Positions 1 through 11,223 are shown, numbered from the stretch's first letter. The stretch is 64,000 nucleotides of DNA from a virus (IMGVR_UViG_3300012667_000440:30558-94557), one strand, 5' to 3'. Numbers and translations: made by a program. Notes: generated from the letters alone by a model not told the origin.

Positions 1-2
1 AT

Positions 3-2618
3 ATCGCTTCTGCTGTATGGGAATGTATTATTTTTATTCTGCACAATCGTAGACATTGCGATATCTAGCACTTCTGCAGGAGATAATTGGCCGCCAACTT
101 GAGAAATAAGTTTAATTAAATTTAGTTTAAATTGATAGTAATCAGTGCTAACTTGTCTAATAGAATTAATTACATTATGTTCTTCATTAGTAATAAAGCA
201 ATGTGCAAATGACAAAGGATTATTATTGCTTATTAAACGAGATCCATATTTTGTAATATTAGGTAAACTCTTTAAATTACTAATACCAGGAAATACTCCA
301 TTAAACTTATCATCTCGCTCAACCATAGATTTAACATGGTCTGATATTTCACTCAAAGTAATAGTAGTAATTTCAGAGTTTAATGCATTGTTTGTCAAGT
401 TCAACGGCGTTTCATACACTCCTAAAGAATTAGGTGCTGTATCTGAATAGCACTTTAACAGCACTCTGATCGGAGTCGTTGTTCCATTTAATAATTTGTT
501 AAAATTCACATGCAATTTTGAATTAGTATTAACTAATGTATAATCAACTAACTGAGATTGCTTAACATCATTAACAAATACATCAACAGTTAAGTCAGAA
601 ATATATCCTGGTTTATCAAATACCGTAACTTCAATTTGACTAATTTCTGTAGTAACTACTTGAAATTGCAATACTGGAATTTGATATGTTTCTGCAGGAG
701 TCCATACGTTTATATATTCAGGAGTGCTTTTATTAATTTTTAAATAAGAAGTATATGTAGGAATCTGTATTATATTGGTAGATTCAACTATTGATATAGT
801 TTCTGTGCCAAAATAATTATTAAAAAGATATGTACCTTCTAAGCCAAGATTATTATAATACTGTAAAGGAAATCCTAGCACAGGATCAGCAGTTCCTGTA
901 CCTACAACATATCCAAATAATTTAGTTCCTTGAAACTCAGAGTTATAGTAGGTAGGATTACTATAACTGTAACCATTTTTATCAAATAGATCAAATAAGG
1001 GGGCTTGATTTCTAACTGTTCGAGTTTGAGATAGCACCCAATTAGATCCGTTAAACCACCAGCCAGTTCCTGCATAAACATCACCGCTATTAATAACAAT
1101 ACCATCTCCAGAAACCGGAGTAGCTACTTCTGTTAAGTTTATTCTTTCTTTCCCGTCTATATTGCTAATCGATACTTCGAAGATTTTTCCATTAACTAAC
1201 GGATCTTTGTCAGCATTAAAAACAACCTTAAAACCAGGATCTAAACGAACTTCGTCTACATAATATCCGACAGATTGCTCTACATCAGAAAATACATCTG
1301 TTGTAATATTATCAATTAGATCAACTGAGTCTATTGCATTTGAACCAAAATTATGCAATTGCATGTCCGGAATAAATTCAATTATAGGACGAGCAGCACG
1401 CTTATCTTGAGGATATTCAGGATTAGCTGATCCATTTACTTCTGCAGATGTTTTAATAACGTCACCATGGAACCAACGATTATAACGAGTCCAAGGATTT
1501 AAATCTTTACTAGATTTGTTAATTGTTATATATTCAGGAACTAAAGGAATATTTTTAAAATTATCAAATGCAAATTCGTCAAAAGGTTTTTCATCAAAGT
1601 TTGTATCGTAGAGTGTTCCTAAAGTATCCGGAGATGTTAATTTAGAAAATTCAACAAGTTTAATCCCTTGTCCAACACCCTCTACAATAAAATCTTTTTC
1701 AATATAATAACTAGGGGTTACATTACCAACAAATCTAACCTTAAGACCATTGATAAATTCAATATTGTTTCCAGACTTATATTGAGTTTTTCCAACAATT
1801 TCATTTTCGATATCAATTGCAGAATTTTCTAATATAGCCCTAACAAGTATTTTTCCACCAACCACATGGGTATCGTCAGATCCGTAGTATAACACACTAG
1901 GAGTTGTATCATCAACTGTAAAAATTATTTGACCGTTTTTAGTGCCATTTCCAATAATGCCGTGGTTATACTGTGCAGAAGAATCAATTGTATCTGAAGT
2001 CTTAAAATATAAGTTATGTTCCGATGTAACATTAAAAACGTAGGTAACTCCCCTATAAAATGTCAACAACGGATCAGGTGTTAATCCATCTGGCGTAAAC
2101 AAAAAGAACGGTCCGTCTACAGAGTCAGTTACTGTATAAGTGCTAACTGTATCTTTTTGCAATCCAGAGATATAAATGAGATCAGGGCCATTAGGAAGCC
2201 AATAGTATTCTCTAAAGTTTACAAACTTATCCCAATCAATTCGCGGATCGTATGAATTAAATTTAGGTCTAAATATTTGATCTAAATTCGTTGTATTTCC
2301 GCCATAGTAATCTACTTGATTAATTAAGTCATCAAATCCAAATGCTTTTTTAATACTTCCGTCAAGCTCTTTTAAAATCAATGCAGGTTCTAATTGATAC
2401 TTTTGTCTTAGCGGCAAGGACTCAGAGATATATACATCTGTTTTGTAATCGTAATTCTTGCTTAATTTGCTACCTACAAAACCGTCAATGCGTTCTAATA
2501 CAGGAGATTTAACCAATTGATCAATAGTGCTAGATAAGAATTTTGCGTTCTTATCTGTTCTAAAATATGTTGGTAATAGATTTACTGATTTCTTATCGAT
2601 ATTTTTATTATTAGCCAT
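3..2618 (-). CDS. Large baseplate wedge/structural protein (T4 gp7-like position), partial; runs off the window start
   Basis: Not in the ORF track because it is truncated. ATG at 2618 preceded by AAGGA. Hand translation starts MANNKNIDKKSVNLLPTYFRTDKNAKFLSSTIDQL...DWDKFVNFREYYWLPNGP, and the frame is still open at the window edge (...QNKNNTFPYSRSD). Lies directly downstream of the gp6-like gene. Confidence 0.75.
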   Translation of the reverse strand, partial: MANNKNIDKKSVNLLPTYFRTDKNAKFLSSTIDQLVKSPVLERIDGFVGSKLSKNYDYKTDVYISESLPLRQKYQLEPALILKELDGSIKKAFGFDDLINQVDYYGGNTTNLDQIFRPKFNSYDPRIDWDKFVNFREYYWLPNGPDLIYISGLQKDTVSTYTVTDSVDGPFFLFTPDGLTPDPLLTFYRGVTYVFNVTSEHNLYFKTSDTIDSSAQYNHGIIGNGTKNGQIIFTVDDTTPSVLYYGSDDTHVVGGKILVRAILENSAIDIENEIVGKTQYKSGNNIEFINGLKVRFVGNVTPSYYIEKDFIVEGVGQGIKLVEFSKLTSPDTLGTLYDTNFDEKPFDEFAFDNFKNIPLVPEYITINKSSKDLNPWTRYNRWFHGDVIKTSAEVNGSANPEYPQDKRAARPIIEFIPDMQLHNFGSNAIDSVDLIDNITTDVFSDVEQSVGYYVDEVRLDPGFKVVFNADKDPLVNGKIFEVSISNIDGKERINLTEVATPVSGDGIVINSGDVYAGTGWWFNGSNWVLSQTRTVRNQAPLFDLFDKNGYSYSNPTYYNSEFQGTKLFGYVVGTGTADPVLGFPLQYYNNLGLEGTYLFNNYFGTETISIVESTNIIQIPTYTSYLKINKSTPEYINVWTPAETYQIPVLQFQVVTTEISQIEVTVFDKPGYISDLTVDVFVNDVKQSQLVDYTLVNTNSKLHVNFNKLLNGTTTPIRVLLKCYSDTAPNSLGVYETPLNLTNNALNSEITTITLSEISDHVKSMVERDDKFNGVFPGISNLKSLPNITKYGSRLISNNNPLSFAHCFITNEEHNVINSIRQVSTDYYQFKLNLIKLISQVGGQLSPAEVLDIAMSTIVQNKNNTFPYSRSD

Positions 2619-2632
2619 TATGACCTGTTTCC

Positions 2633-5600
2633 TTAACTACTTGTTATGTTTGTTGCTTTTAATTCCGAAGCGGTTAGGCTGTCGATTACTTGTATATCAT
2701 TAACTGTCGTACCACTAACAAATATTTCGTCACCCTGACTTGTAATTTGGTATAAGCTACCAAATCCAGAATCCATTTTGGGTACAATAACAAAGTTAGT
2801 TATGTCCGGAGTCATAATGTTCATTACATAGGCAGACAATTCGCTAAAATTAAATGTTTGACCAAAATCCCAATTATCAATTTTAAAGAAATCGTCAATT
2901 GCAGTTAAAATCCTCGACTGGATATCTGTAGTGCTAACAATTCTGTTAGGGTTTTTAACTGCTTTAAATGTTGCTTGCAATTGAGGAACTGCCTTACTAC
3001 CAAACAATACCTTATATTTTGCAGGATGAAATACGATTTCGTCACTGATAGATTTAATAGGTTCTAGAACATTCGAATAGTTCTCTTCTAAACTTTGAGT
3101 TGTAGGACTCAATGGTTCTGTTCCAGCGCCGGAAGATAACCAGTTACGATAATCTCTGTCATATGAAGATACTAACAAATATACATCAATAATATTTGTT
3201 TTACTAGGATCTAATCTTCTATTAGAACCACTGTTGTGAACATAATGAAATTTTAAATTTGATCTACCAACATGTGCATAATAAGATGGTTCTAAATCAA
3301 ACATGCCAGTCTGACTGTTAAATCTTTTTACACTATCAACATCCGAATCATAAAAATAATATAGTTGACCGTCTACTGGATCTATCAATTGCAATAGCTC
3401 AGCTTGATTAGGATATGCATCAATAGACACGGTATTGGTATCAACTAGTTTATATCTTAGACCATCTGCTAATTTTTCAAAATATACAAAGTTTCCAATA
3501 AAACCTGTTTCAACATTAATAGTCGACGGTTTTACAACATTTTCAAATGCATCAGGATCATCGATTTGACCATCGTCATTATTATCGTAAAAACTTACTA
3601 ATACTTTTTTAGGCTCCATATAGCCGTCTGGCTCGACTACTGCACTATCAACTTGCCAAGAATAATCGCTGCCTAGAGCTAACAAACTATCCGGTTGAGA
3701 ATTGATACTCAAAACATCAACTTTATCTTTAATTACAGTATCGGTAGTAAAGTCGTAATTTTTCTTAGAATCGTCGATGAAAAATGCAGTTTCTTTATCG
3801 CTTTCAAAAACATATTCAAGTGTGCGATATCTAACTTTATATTTTCTGCCAGTCCATTCAAAAGAAATTAACCAACTGGCATCTTTATTGATATTGCTTA
3901 TATCTTTTTGATATATTAGACTAAATGAACTTTTTAAATCTAAGTTAGAATCAGAAATAATATACCAAGCTCTAGTAGTTTCGTCAAAACTTAACCCAAA
4001 GTTTTTCTTAGAAACTGCAAGGTTAACAATTTCAGTTTCTAAAGAATATGATAATACACTTTGAAACTTAGGTATAATACTAACAGGAATTGACCCATTT
4101 GGTATAGTACCTGTTAAGATAATAGGACCGGTGCCATCTGATAAATTTCCAATACCACTGTTTGATCCATCACCAGTAACTCCTGCAATCTGTGACCATT
4201 TGTAGGTAGTAGTTTTATTGCTTTGAGTAGTAGATAACTTTCCGTTTGGAAGAAAATATTTTCCAGATGGAGGAGTAAATTTAATAAGTGCTCCAGGTTC
4301 GAAGAATTTTAAGAAATCGCTCCCAAATGCACCAACTGATACAGGACCATTAATTGAGTTAAAATATCCTCGAGTTTGATTTGTCGTTTTATTAGACTGA
4401 TACCAGGTTAACCCTGTTACAACAGGTCGTGTATATTCATCGAGATAAAATGCCGATAATTTAGGAGAATCAACAATAGGAGCTACTTGAGATCTAATAA
4501 CTGATAAAATTTCATTTCTCGAATCAAAAGAAAATTCAAAATTGTATTCTTTATCGTCCTTGTATAGAATTCCGTCTTCGGCAAAAATATTAGTCTTACT
4601 GTATTTTCCAGTAATGTCACTTAATTCGTAATACTTACTAACACCGCTACTAACTCGATTAATACTCTTAATCTTAATAATGTCGGAATCAACATTCAAC
4701 GGAGCAATATTATAATCCTCCGCAGTGATCATTCTATTTTGAGTATAGTAAGTCTGCGGTGCTTTTAATTTAATATCTGCATCAGTTTCTGCAACAGACG
4801 AATTAGTAACAGTATATTGAAGACTCAAAATAACATTTAAAGAATGGCTTTGTCCAGAACGACTTGTATAAGGAATCTTTACAGAAATATTACTCATCTG
4901 CTCGGGCTTAATAGTATATGCTAAGCCATTACTTTGTCTATAATATAATCTAAAAGGACCATTTGGCAAATTACCAAAACTACCATCTGCAAATGTTAAA
5001 TCAATTTGATCGTTTTCTCGTGTAGTTACTCCGTAGATATTTCTATCATTTTTGTTAATACTGTTATAGATAATGTTGTTGCCAGTGACCGCAGAAACTT
5101 TAGTCCAAGCAGTCTGATGCTTAATACCGTCTGCAGAAAGTTGCCATAACCATACATCAGTATCGTTGATATCGGGCACATTAACTCCAACAATTTCGTT
5201 AGGAACAGGACTAGTAACTGAAAAATTGCTGGCCGACAATGAGCCTTGACGGAAGTGAACAAAGAATCCAGTGTTGGCACTAGAACTTCCTTTGTTGTCA
5301 TTCTTAAAAACAATACCAAATTGAGCAGCAGGAGTAGGTGTTTCTTCGTAAATGTAATTTTGTCCATCAAATGTAGACGAAACTAATTCAAAAGACATTT
5401 GACTTCCGCCTATATTCTTCGAGAATGAATATACAGGAACATCAGTAGTATCGGTATTAATTTTATATTGTTCAGTAGCTATTCCGTCAATAGTTTTCTT
5501 AGCCAACGGTTTGCCAAATGCACTAAGATTAGTAATTGATGCATTTATAATTGCAATAAACTGCTGATACCAGTTACTATTTGTAGGGTCATTCCAGCCA

Positions 5601-6022
5601 ATAATGCTGTTAGCCAAGTTAATTCCGTTTGAATCTACAACATTTTCTGATGTAGATATAGAAGTAATTTTTAAGAAACCGTTAGCAGGAACATTACGTT
5701 TAGCATTATAATTAATCAAACGTGCAAGACGCAGAATGCTTTCTCGACGTTCAGCCGTCTCTAAGAAGTTTTCACGAGCATTTAAATCAATGCGGAAACT
5801 TAAATTCTGTCCTAAGAATGCAATTAAATCAATAAGGGCAATATATTCACTGCTGTCAATATAATCATTAAAATCTTCAGGATAATTTTCTCGAAGATAC
5901 GTGATCATTGTACGACGAAGTGTTTCGAAATCGTAGCTTTTAAAGTCTGCGTTACGAAAACTTTGATATATTTTCTTCCAGTCTTCTGCAATTAAAAGTT
6001 GGCTGTTTGTTGATGGTATCAT
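2633..6022 (-). CDS. gp6: Baseplate wedge subunit, T4 gp6-like (1129 aa)
   Basis: N-terminal DFETLR...YL...DFND...LIDLIAF...ENFLETAERRESILRLARLINY motif and internal ETDADIKLKAPQTYYTQNRMITAEDY motif of the gp6/baseplate-J family; adjacent to a gp25-like gene. Confidence 0.85.
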   Translation of the reverse strand: MIPSTNSQLLIAEDWKKIYQSFRNADFKSYDFETLRRTMITYLRENYPEDFNDYIDSSEYIALIDLIAFLGQNLSFRIDLNARENFLETAERRESILRLARLINYNAKRNVPANGFLKITSISTSENVVDSNGINLANSIIGWNDPTNSNWYQQFIAIINASITNLSAFGKPLAKKTIDGIATEQYKINTDTTDVPVYSFSKNIGGSQMSFELVSSTFDGQNYIYEETPTPAAQFGIVFKNDNKGSSSANTGFFVHFRQGSLSASNFSVTSPVPNEIVGVNVPDINDTDVWLWQLSADGIKHQTAWTKVSAVTGNNIIYNSINKNDRNIYGVTTRENDQIDLTFADGSFGNLPNGPFRLYYRQSNGLAYTIKPEQMSNISVKIPYTSRSGQSHSLNVILSLQYTVTNSSVAETDADIKLKAPQTYYTQNRMITAEDYNIAPLNVDSDIIKIKSINRVSSGVSKYYELSDITGKYSKTNIFAEDGILYKDDKEYNFEFSFDSRNEILSVIRSQVAPIVDSPKLSAFYLDEYTRPVVTGLTWYQSNKTTNQTRGYFNSINGPVSVGAFGSDFLKFFEPGALIKFTPPSGKYFLPNGKLSTTQSNKTTTYKWSQIAGVTGDGSNSGIGNLSDGTGPIILTGTIPNGSIPVSIIPKFQSVLSYSLETEIVNLAVSKKNFGLSFDETTRAWYIISDSNLDLKSSFSLIYQKDISNINKDASWLISFEWTGRKYKVRYRTLEYVFESDKETAFFIDDSKKNYDFTTDTVIKDKVDVLSINSQPDSLLALGSDYSWQVDSAVVEPDGYMEPKKVLVSFYDNNDDGQIDDPDAFENVVKPSTINVETGFIGNFVYFEKLADGLRYKLVDTNTVSIDAYPNQAELLQLIDPVDGQLYYFYDSDVDSVKRFNSQTGMFDLEPSYYAHVGRSNLKFHYVHNSGSNRRLDPSKTNIIDVYLLVSSYDRDYRNWLSSGAGTEPLSPTTQSLEENYSNVLEPIKSISDEIVFHPAKYKVLFGSKAVPQLQATFKAVKNPNRIVSTTDIQSRILTAIDDFFKIDNWDFGQTFNFSELSAYVMNIMTPDITNFVIVPKMDSGFGSLYQITSQGDEIFVSGTTVNDIQVIDSLTASELKATNITSS

Positions 6023-6046
6023 AATGGTAGAATCTCTTTGATACCG

Positions 6047-6052
6047 TATTTA
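6047..6052 (-). promoter_or_regulatory. Late promoter core TAAATA upstream of the gp6-like gene
   Basis: AATAAATAC on the minus strand in the short intergenic gap; the same core recurs before many structural genes. Confidence 0.6.
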
Positions 6053-6074
6053 TTGTTATAATTAAGTAGGTAGT

Positions 6075-6512
6075 TTATTGCGCCGTTAGCCCTAACTTTT
6101 TATCAAATGACAGCGTCATATTTGCTGTTTGATCCGTGTTTACATATTTCAATGTAATTTCAAGTAACATCCCGTATTCTTGTTCGTTAATATCAATCTG
6201 AATAGGAACTGCTCTAGGATCACTGTTACATACTCGACTAATATCGTCACTTAATGCCTGTTTTACATCATCAGTAAATGGTTCAAAAATTAAATCCCAA
6301 ATAATTGTGCCAAACTCAGGATTCATAACCCGTTCACCTTTTCGAGTGTTAAATTGATTAATAATATCTTGTTTAATAATATCAAAATCGTAGAGAGTTG
6401 TTCCTAATATACTAGGATTTACAGAACTGTAACCAACATAGAATTGACTTTGTTTAGCAGTATGTTGTTGATTACTTTGACTAGAATTTATTTCGATATT
6501 TTTATATGACAT
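6075..6512 (-). CDS. gp25: Baseplate wedge subunit gp25 family (sheath initiator)
   Basis: IKQDIINQFNTRKGERVMNPEFGTIIWDLIFEP...DPR is the GPW/gp25 signature. Confidence 0.9.
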   Translation of the reverse strand: MSYKNIEINSSQSNQQHTAKQSQFYVGYSSVNPSILGTTLYDFDIIKQDIINQFNTRKGERVMNPEFGTIIWDLIFEPFTDDVKQALSDDISRVCNSDPRAVPIQIDINEQEYGMLLEITLKYVNTDQTANMTLSFDKKLGLTAQ

Positions 6513-6517
6513 GATAT

Positions 6518-6523
6518 TATTTA
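6518..6523 (-). promoter_or_regulatory. Late promoter core TAAATA, 5 nt before the gp25 ATG
   Basis: Minus strand reads TAAATA-ATATC-ATG with no Shine-Dalgarno. Confidence 0.6.
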
Positions 6524-6535
6524 ATCAGTTATTTT

Positions 6536-7975
6536 TCATTTTGCAGCATCGGTATTATTGGGCTTATACTGTTCAGGGTTAGTATTTTCGTGATGATCCC
6601 AAGGCTCGTGAGTAGGAACTCTCTTCATAATAGAAGATATATTACCTGCTTTATAAAATTGTCCGTTTGCCCAACCGGAACTAGTATTTCTATTTGGCAC
6701 AGTATGAATTGGGATTTGCACAGGCTGAATTGGAGTATCGGCAGCTTCTGCAGACGGTCCATTAAAATGCACTTCCGTGCCGCTTCCGATAATGTTTCCA
6801 GCAGCTCCTAAATTAATATCTGCGCCAGAACTTATTTTCATTGCAGCTTCACTAGAGATGCTTGCGCTTGCAGCAGCCTGCATTCTAATGTCATTAGATG
6901 CTGTAACATGCAAATCAGTTGCAAATGATATTTTACCGTCTTTACTACACAACAGCGTAAATGAATCAGTAGCATTTATATTTGTAGTGCCTACTGAATT
7001 AAGGTTTATATTTCTACCGGCTTCAATATTAACATCACGATCTGCTCTAAAGTTAAAATCATTTTCTGTGTGAATACTTACACTATCGTTCGCATAAACA
7101 TCTATCTTGCCATCAGATGTTAACTCAATCCAAGCAGTGCCTTTACTGTTTGCAATGTAGATCAAATCACTACTGTTGTGCATTAAAATTTGATGCCCAG
7201 TTCTTGTTCTAAGTCTAACTAATTCATTTTGTCCAGAAGCGTCGCCGTCATCCATAACAAATTGAGAACCACCAAGTCTACTTACAGGAACTGATACTTT
7301 ATTCTCATATCCCACTAAACCTTTTTTTCCGTTTGGATCAATTGGTCCAGGTGTGCTGATTCCAAAAACACTACTGGGTATTTCTCTTCGAGCAGAACTA
7401 GAAGTAACTCCACGTATATCGTCTAGTAGTAAGCCTTGGGCTAATAATCTATCGGCAAAAGGATGTATAGGTTTCTTTTGACTTGCAGGATCTAAAAAGT
7501 CTTTATCACTGCGCTTATGAAATTCTGCAACAGGAACATTTTTTGTCCCGTATTTTAATTCTTCTTCCGGACTCATAAAAACATTCTGACTTGCAGCAAT
7601 TCCCGGAATCATATGATTTTGAAATTGATCAGCAATACAACCTATCCAATATCCTTGGTTAGGATCTCCGTCAACAAAAATTACAAGAACTCGAGTGCCT
7701 ATATCAGGAGGTACCATCCACATTCCGTAACTCTTTTGCACATCGTCAAATTTTCTCGGATCTGTTCCTTCAAATGCAACACTTGTAACTCCGTAAAACG
7801 GACTAAGATACTTAACAGGATAAGTTTGACTTTGGAGAGATAAATCTCCTACAAATCCTTTTTCAAGAACAACTTCAAATCTACCCATATACATAGTATC
7901 TTTTAAGTTGGTTACCCTTGCTACATAAGGTCCAGGAGAGGGCAATTGCCCGGGAATTCGTTGTTCTATTGGCAT
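6536..7975 (-). CDS. gp5: Baseplate central spike, gp5/VgrG-like, with no lysozyme domain
   Basis: N-terminal OB-fold motifs (D...GRFEV...SYGMWMVPPDIGTRVLVIFVDGDPNQGYWIGC), RTRTGHQILM, beta-helix-like repeats, C-terminal PTHEPWDHHE. Confidence 0.75.
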   Translation of the reverse strand: MPIEQRIPGQLPSPGPYVARVTNLKDTMYMGRFEVVLEKGFVGDLSLQSQTYPVKYLSPFYGVTSVAFEGTDPRKFDDVQKSYGMWMVPPDIGTRVLVIFVDGDPNQGYWIGCIADQFQNHMIPGIAASQNVFMSPEEELKYGTKNVPVAEFHKRSDKDFLDPASQKKPIHPFADRLLAQGLLLDDIRGVTSSSARREIPSSVFGISTPGPIDPNGKKGLVGYENKVSVPVSRLGGSQFVMDDGDASGQNELVRLRTRTGHQILMHNSSDLIYIANSKGTAWIELTSDGKIDVYANDSVSIHTENDFNFRADRDVNIEAGRNINLNSVGTTNINATDSFTLLCSKDGKISFATDLHVTASNDIRMQAAASASISSEAAMKISSGADINLGAAGNIIGSGTEVHFNGPSAEAADTPIQPVQIPIHTVPNRNTSSGWANGQFYKAGNISSIMKRVPTHEPWDHHENTNPEQYKPNNTDAAK

Positions 7976-7977
7976 AA

Positions 7978-10900
7978 TTATGCTTTACTTTTCATTAATA
8001 TATCTAATGGGCTATTTTGCAGAGAGCTAACACTACCAAATTTATTAACAACTGACATTGCATTGCTTGCAATATTTGGTAAACTACTCGAAACTTTTGA
8101 ACTAATATTATTTAATGAAGCTTCAACACTCAGTGCTTGCCCTGTAATTGATCCCAATCCTGACTGAACTGTTGATAACTTACCAGTTAATGCAGAAAGA
8201 TCAGCACCTAATGTTTCTCCAAGTTTAAACGTAGATGCAGATTTAAGAAGATCTGCAACTCCAGGAATTGTAGATGCCCCAGGTATATTCTTAAGTGAAC
8301 CACCTTGATCTAATATTGCCTTGATATCTTTTAAACTCACTTCTGCAAAAGGAGCAGTTGCAACAGGTTGACTTATCGGCAGATTTTTCAATGCATCAAG
8401 AGGAACATTATTTAAAATTAATCCTTTAGAAATACTTGCCGACAAATCTACACCGGTAGGAATATCTTTGGCCGCTGCTGTCATCTTGTCGACAAAATTA
8501 GATTGCAGATTTGCACTAAGTCCAGTTAATTTAGAAGTATCTACTCCTAGCTGATTAGCAAGCGTAGCCGCCGGACTTCCTTTTAATAAATCAATTTTAG
8601 AAGATACAGAAGACACTAGACCCGATGCTTGAGATCCTAGATTTTTAACTGCCGATAATGCATTAGTACCTATCTCAGAAATTGACGACTGTCCTGCGGC
8701 CAATGCAGTATCGGCAAGAGTTTTAACATTTGCCGACGATATTCCAGCAGATTGTGCAACAGTGGCTAAAGAGTTAATCGATGCACCCGCCGAATTAATA
8801 TTTGTTGTTAATCCAGATAATCCAGAACTGGCTAAACGTAGTGCAGTGCTTGCACCAGCGAGACCTTGTAATGCTGACCCTGATCCACCTGATACTGTAT
8901 TGAATAATGTACCAACTGTTGTTACACCAGCAGTTACACCAGCAAGTGTTCCTCCAACTGTTGATGCAAGTTTAGACAACGAACCAGGTAATCCAGTTGA
9001 CGGCAATGCACCATTTGCTAAAGAATAAAGTAAACTATCGCCAGCTTTGCGAACAGTGTTAGCAGGTGTTGGAGGAAAAGCAGTCGGTGCTTGCGATTCA
9101 TTTTCTGTAGAATCAATAAGTGCTGAACGCTTGCCAACTTGTGCAGTAGTATCAATATTTACTTGGCCAGGTATTCTTACCAAACTTAGTTTTTGTGTAA
9201 AGACACCATCGACAAATGTATGAGTAACAGTCAATAGTCTAAATGCTCCACTGTAAGGAGTAACTTTATTATTAAAAATTGCTTCACCAGTTGTTTCACT
9301 AATATCTACAGGATTTTTAAAAATTATTACAACTATTACATCGCCAGATGTGTAAGGAGCTTCACCTTCACCAACTGTGCCGTCGATGTTAGTCGTAGGA
9401 CGATAGTTTCCAATACCTCCTGTTACTAGATAGTAAGGATCTCCTATAATTTCAATTTCTGCCAAACATTGATCTACGTTGTCGAGAATTGCCTGATGCA
9501 TGTTTCTTGCCAAATCATCATAAGGATCAGATTGTATACGCTGACCAGCATTAGCAGTATTAGACACGTGAGTGCTTGACAATTTAGTGTTGGTCAAAAC
9601 TTTCGCAACACCATTCGGAGAACTAGTTCTAGTATTAGCAGTTGATCCGCTAATAGATGTAGTGCTCGGAGCAGTGCTCTCAACTGACTCACTGGTAAGA
9701 TAATATCCATCGGGCTTATTGCCCATTGCTTTAGGTATTGCTTGAAAAAATAAAGAATTAAATTTTAATTGAAAACTTTTTATATCTATATTACTGCCTG
9801 TATACAAATAGTTGTATGTTCGATTAGCAACTTGAATCAGCTTGCTTGTATCAATAGGACTATTTTGAGCCAACGGAATTCTAGAATAATGTATTTTGTA
9901 AGGAAGAATAATATATCTATAATGATAGAATGGTTTATTTGTCTTGTTATCAACAACCCCCTTATCTTCAACTTCGAGATTAACAATATAATAATCAACC
10001 ATCCCGTATGGATCAACAATTTTAGTATCGGGATTACTAAGTTCTTTTAAAATGTTTTTTACATAATCGCTACTGAGAATAACAGATACAATGCATTCTT
10101 GCACTTTTGAATTTTCTGCAAATACAATATTTGCTCGGCTAGGACTTGCTTTAGGAGTAGGTGCACCAGCTTGTCTAGCCAATCTTGCAGTTTCTGCATT
10201 ACTTTCATTCTCCGAAGCTGGGGGATCAAATGCATAAATTGCATTAGATTTAAGAAGCTCAACAACTTTAGAATCTGCAATTGTTTTGTTTTCCTCACCC
10301 TTTATAATTCCACTAGGACCAACTTTGGGAAATATTATTTCGTAAGAATCTGATTGGCTAGTTTGAGGCGATCCGCTTTCGGAACTAGTCTCTTTCTTTT
10401 TTGTATCGTTGAGTGATTTTTCAAAACTTTTTAAAATTTCACCAACTGTATTTCCAGTAACTGATACGTTGGCCAGCAAGGTCGATGGTTGTCCAAATCC
10501 TTTTTCATTAAAAGGAACTCCAGTGCACTTGTATTTTGCACCCACTTCAGTTACATCAATATCAATCGAAGCAAATCCAAATATAAAATATCTTGTAGAA
10601 TTTTCTACAATCTTTGCAGTCTCAGCAATTTCTTCTCCATCTGGATATCCCCAAAATTCCATCTTTAGAAGATACGGACATAATGTGTATTGCTCGTATC
10701 CAGCAGCAACTGCCGATACTTGCAACGCTTCAATAAAGCCGCTCATACTGTAAGGTTCCATTACATCAAATTCCATTGATGTAGCTACAGCAAGACTAGT
10801 TTTTTCATTAAATCCCATTATGGTTTCTATTCGAACATTATTGAGATAAAAATCAAATCGGCCGGGACTCTCTTTGTTAAATGCGTTTACTAATGCAGCG

Positions 10901-11223
10901 CCAGTTGCACTGTCCGAAGTATATGTTTTAGTCTTCTTAGCAATAACATTTCCGCCCCGATCTTTAATATCTTCGGATTCAGATTTAGTAATTGTCGAGA
11001 CATCAGACGATAACCCCTTAGTGCCTTTGCCACTAGATTTTGCAATTACAAAAAAGTTATTCGTGTCTCTATAAGAATCAGGATCAGTTAACGCTTCTCT
11101 GCGTAATGATGCAAGTGTAAAAACATAATTATAAGAACTGTAAGAATTTAAAGGGTTAGATTTATTGGATTTTACAATTGTAGGTTTCTTATTTTCTGTT
11201 TTAGAAGTAGTTGTATCTGCCAT
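7978..11223 (-). CDS. Putative baseplate hub/tail protein (gp27-like position) with a Ser/Ala/Leu/Gly-rich C-terminal extension
   Basis: Lies between LysM-like gp53 and the spike. EIEIIGDPYYL and YSGAFRLLTVTHTFVDGVFTQKLSLVR resemble the C-terminal hub (gpD/gp27) barrel motifs. Confidence 0.55.
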   Translation of the reverse strand: MADTTTSKTENKKPTIVKSNKSNPLNSYSSYNYVFTLASLRREALTDPDSYRDTNNFFVIAKSSGKGTKGLSSDVSTITKSESEDIKDRGGNVIAKKTKTYTSDSATGAALVNAFNKESPGRFDFYLNNVRIETIMGFNEKTSLAVATSMEFDVMEPYSMSGFIEALQVSAVAAGYEQYTLCPYLLKMEFWGYPDGEEIAETAKIVENSTRYFIFGFASIDIDVTEVGAKYKCTGVPFNEKGFGQPSTLLANVSVTGNTVGEILKSFEKSLNDTKKKETSSESGSPQTSQSDSYEIIFPKVGPSGIIKGEENKTIADSKVVELLKSNAIYAFDPPASENESNAETARLARQAGAPTPKASPSRANIVFAENSKVQECIVSVILSSDYVKNILKELSNPDTKIVDPYGMVDYYIVNLEVEDKGVVDNKTNKPFYHYRYIILPYKIHYSRIPLAQNSPIDTSKLIQVANRTYNYLYTGSNIDIKSFQLKFNSLFFQAIPKAMGNKPDGYYLTSESVESTAPSTTSISGSTANTRTSSPNGVAKVLTNTKLSSTHVSNTANAGQRIQSDPYDDLARNMHQAILDNVDQCLAEIEIIGDPYYLVTGGIGNYRPTTNIDGTVGEGEAPYTSGDVIVVIIFKNPVDISETTGEAIFNNKVTPYSGAFRLLTVTHTFVDGVFTQKLSLVRIPGQVNIDTTAQVGKRSALIDSTENESQAPTAFPPTPANTVRKAGDSLLYSLANGALPSTGLPGSLSKLASTVGGTLAGVTAGVTTVGTLFNTVSGGSGSALQGLAGASTALRLASSGLSGLTTNINSAGASINSLATVAQSAGISSANVKTLADTALAAGQSSISEIGTNALSAVKNLGSQASGLVSSVSSKIDLLKGSPAATLANQLGVDTSKLTGLSANLQSNFVDKMTAAAKDIPTGVDLSASISKGLILNNVPLDALKNLPISQPVATAPFAEVSLKDIKAILDQGGSLKNIPGASTIPGVADLLKSASTFKLGETLGADLSALTGKLSTVQSGLGSITGQALSVEASLNNISSKVSSSLPNIASNAMSVVNKFGSVSSLQNSPLDILMKSKA

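Noticed and set aside
145-1105. ORFs 145..450 (+) and 902..1105 (-)
   Set aside because: They lie within the long minus-strand frame 2618 to 3 that the ORF track missed; shadow ORFs.
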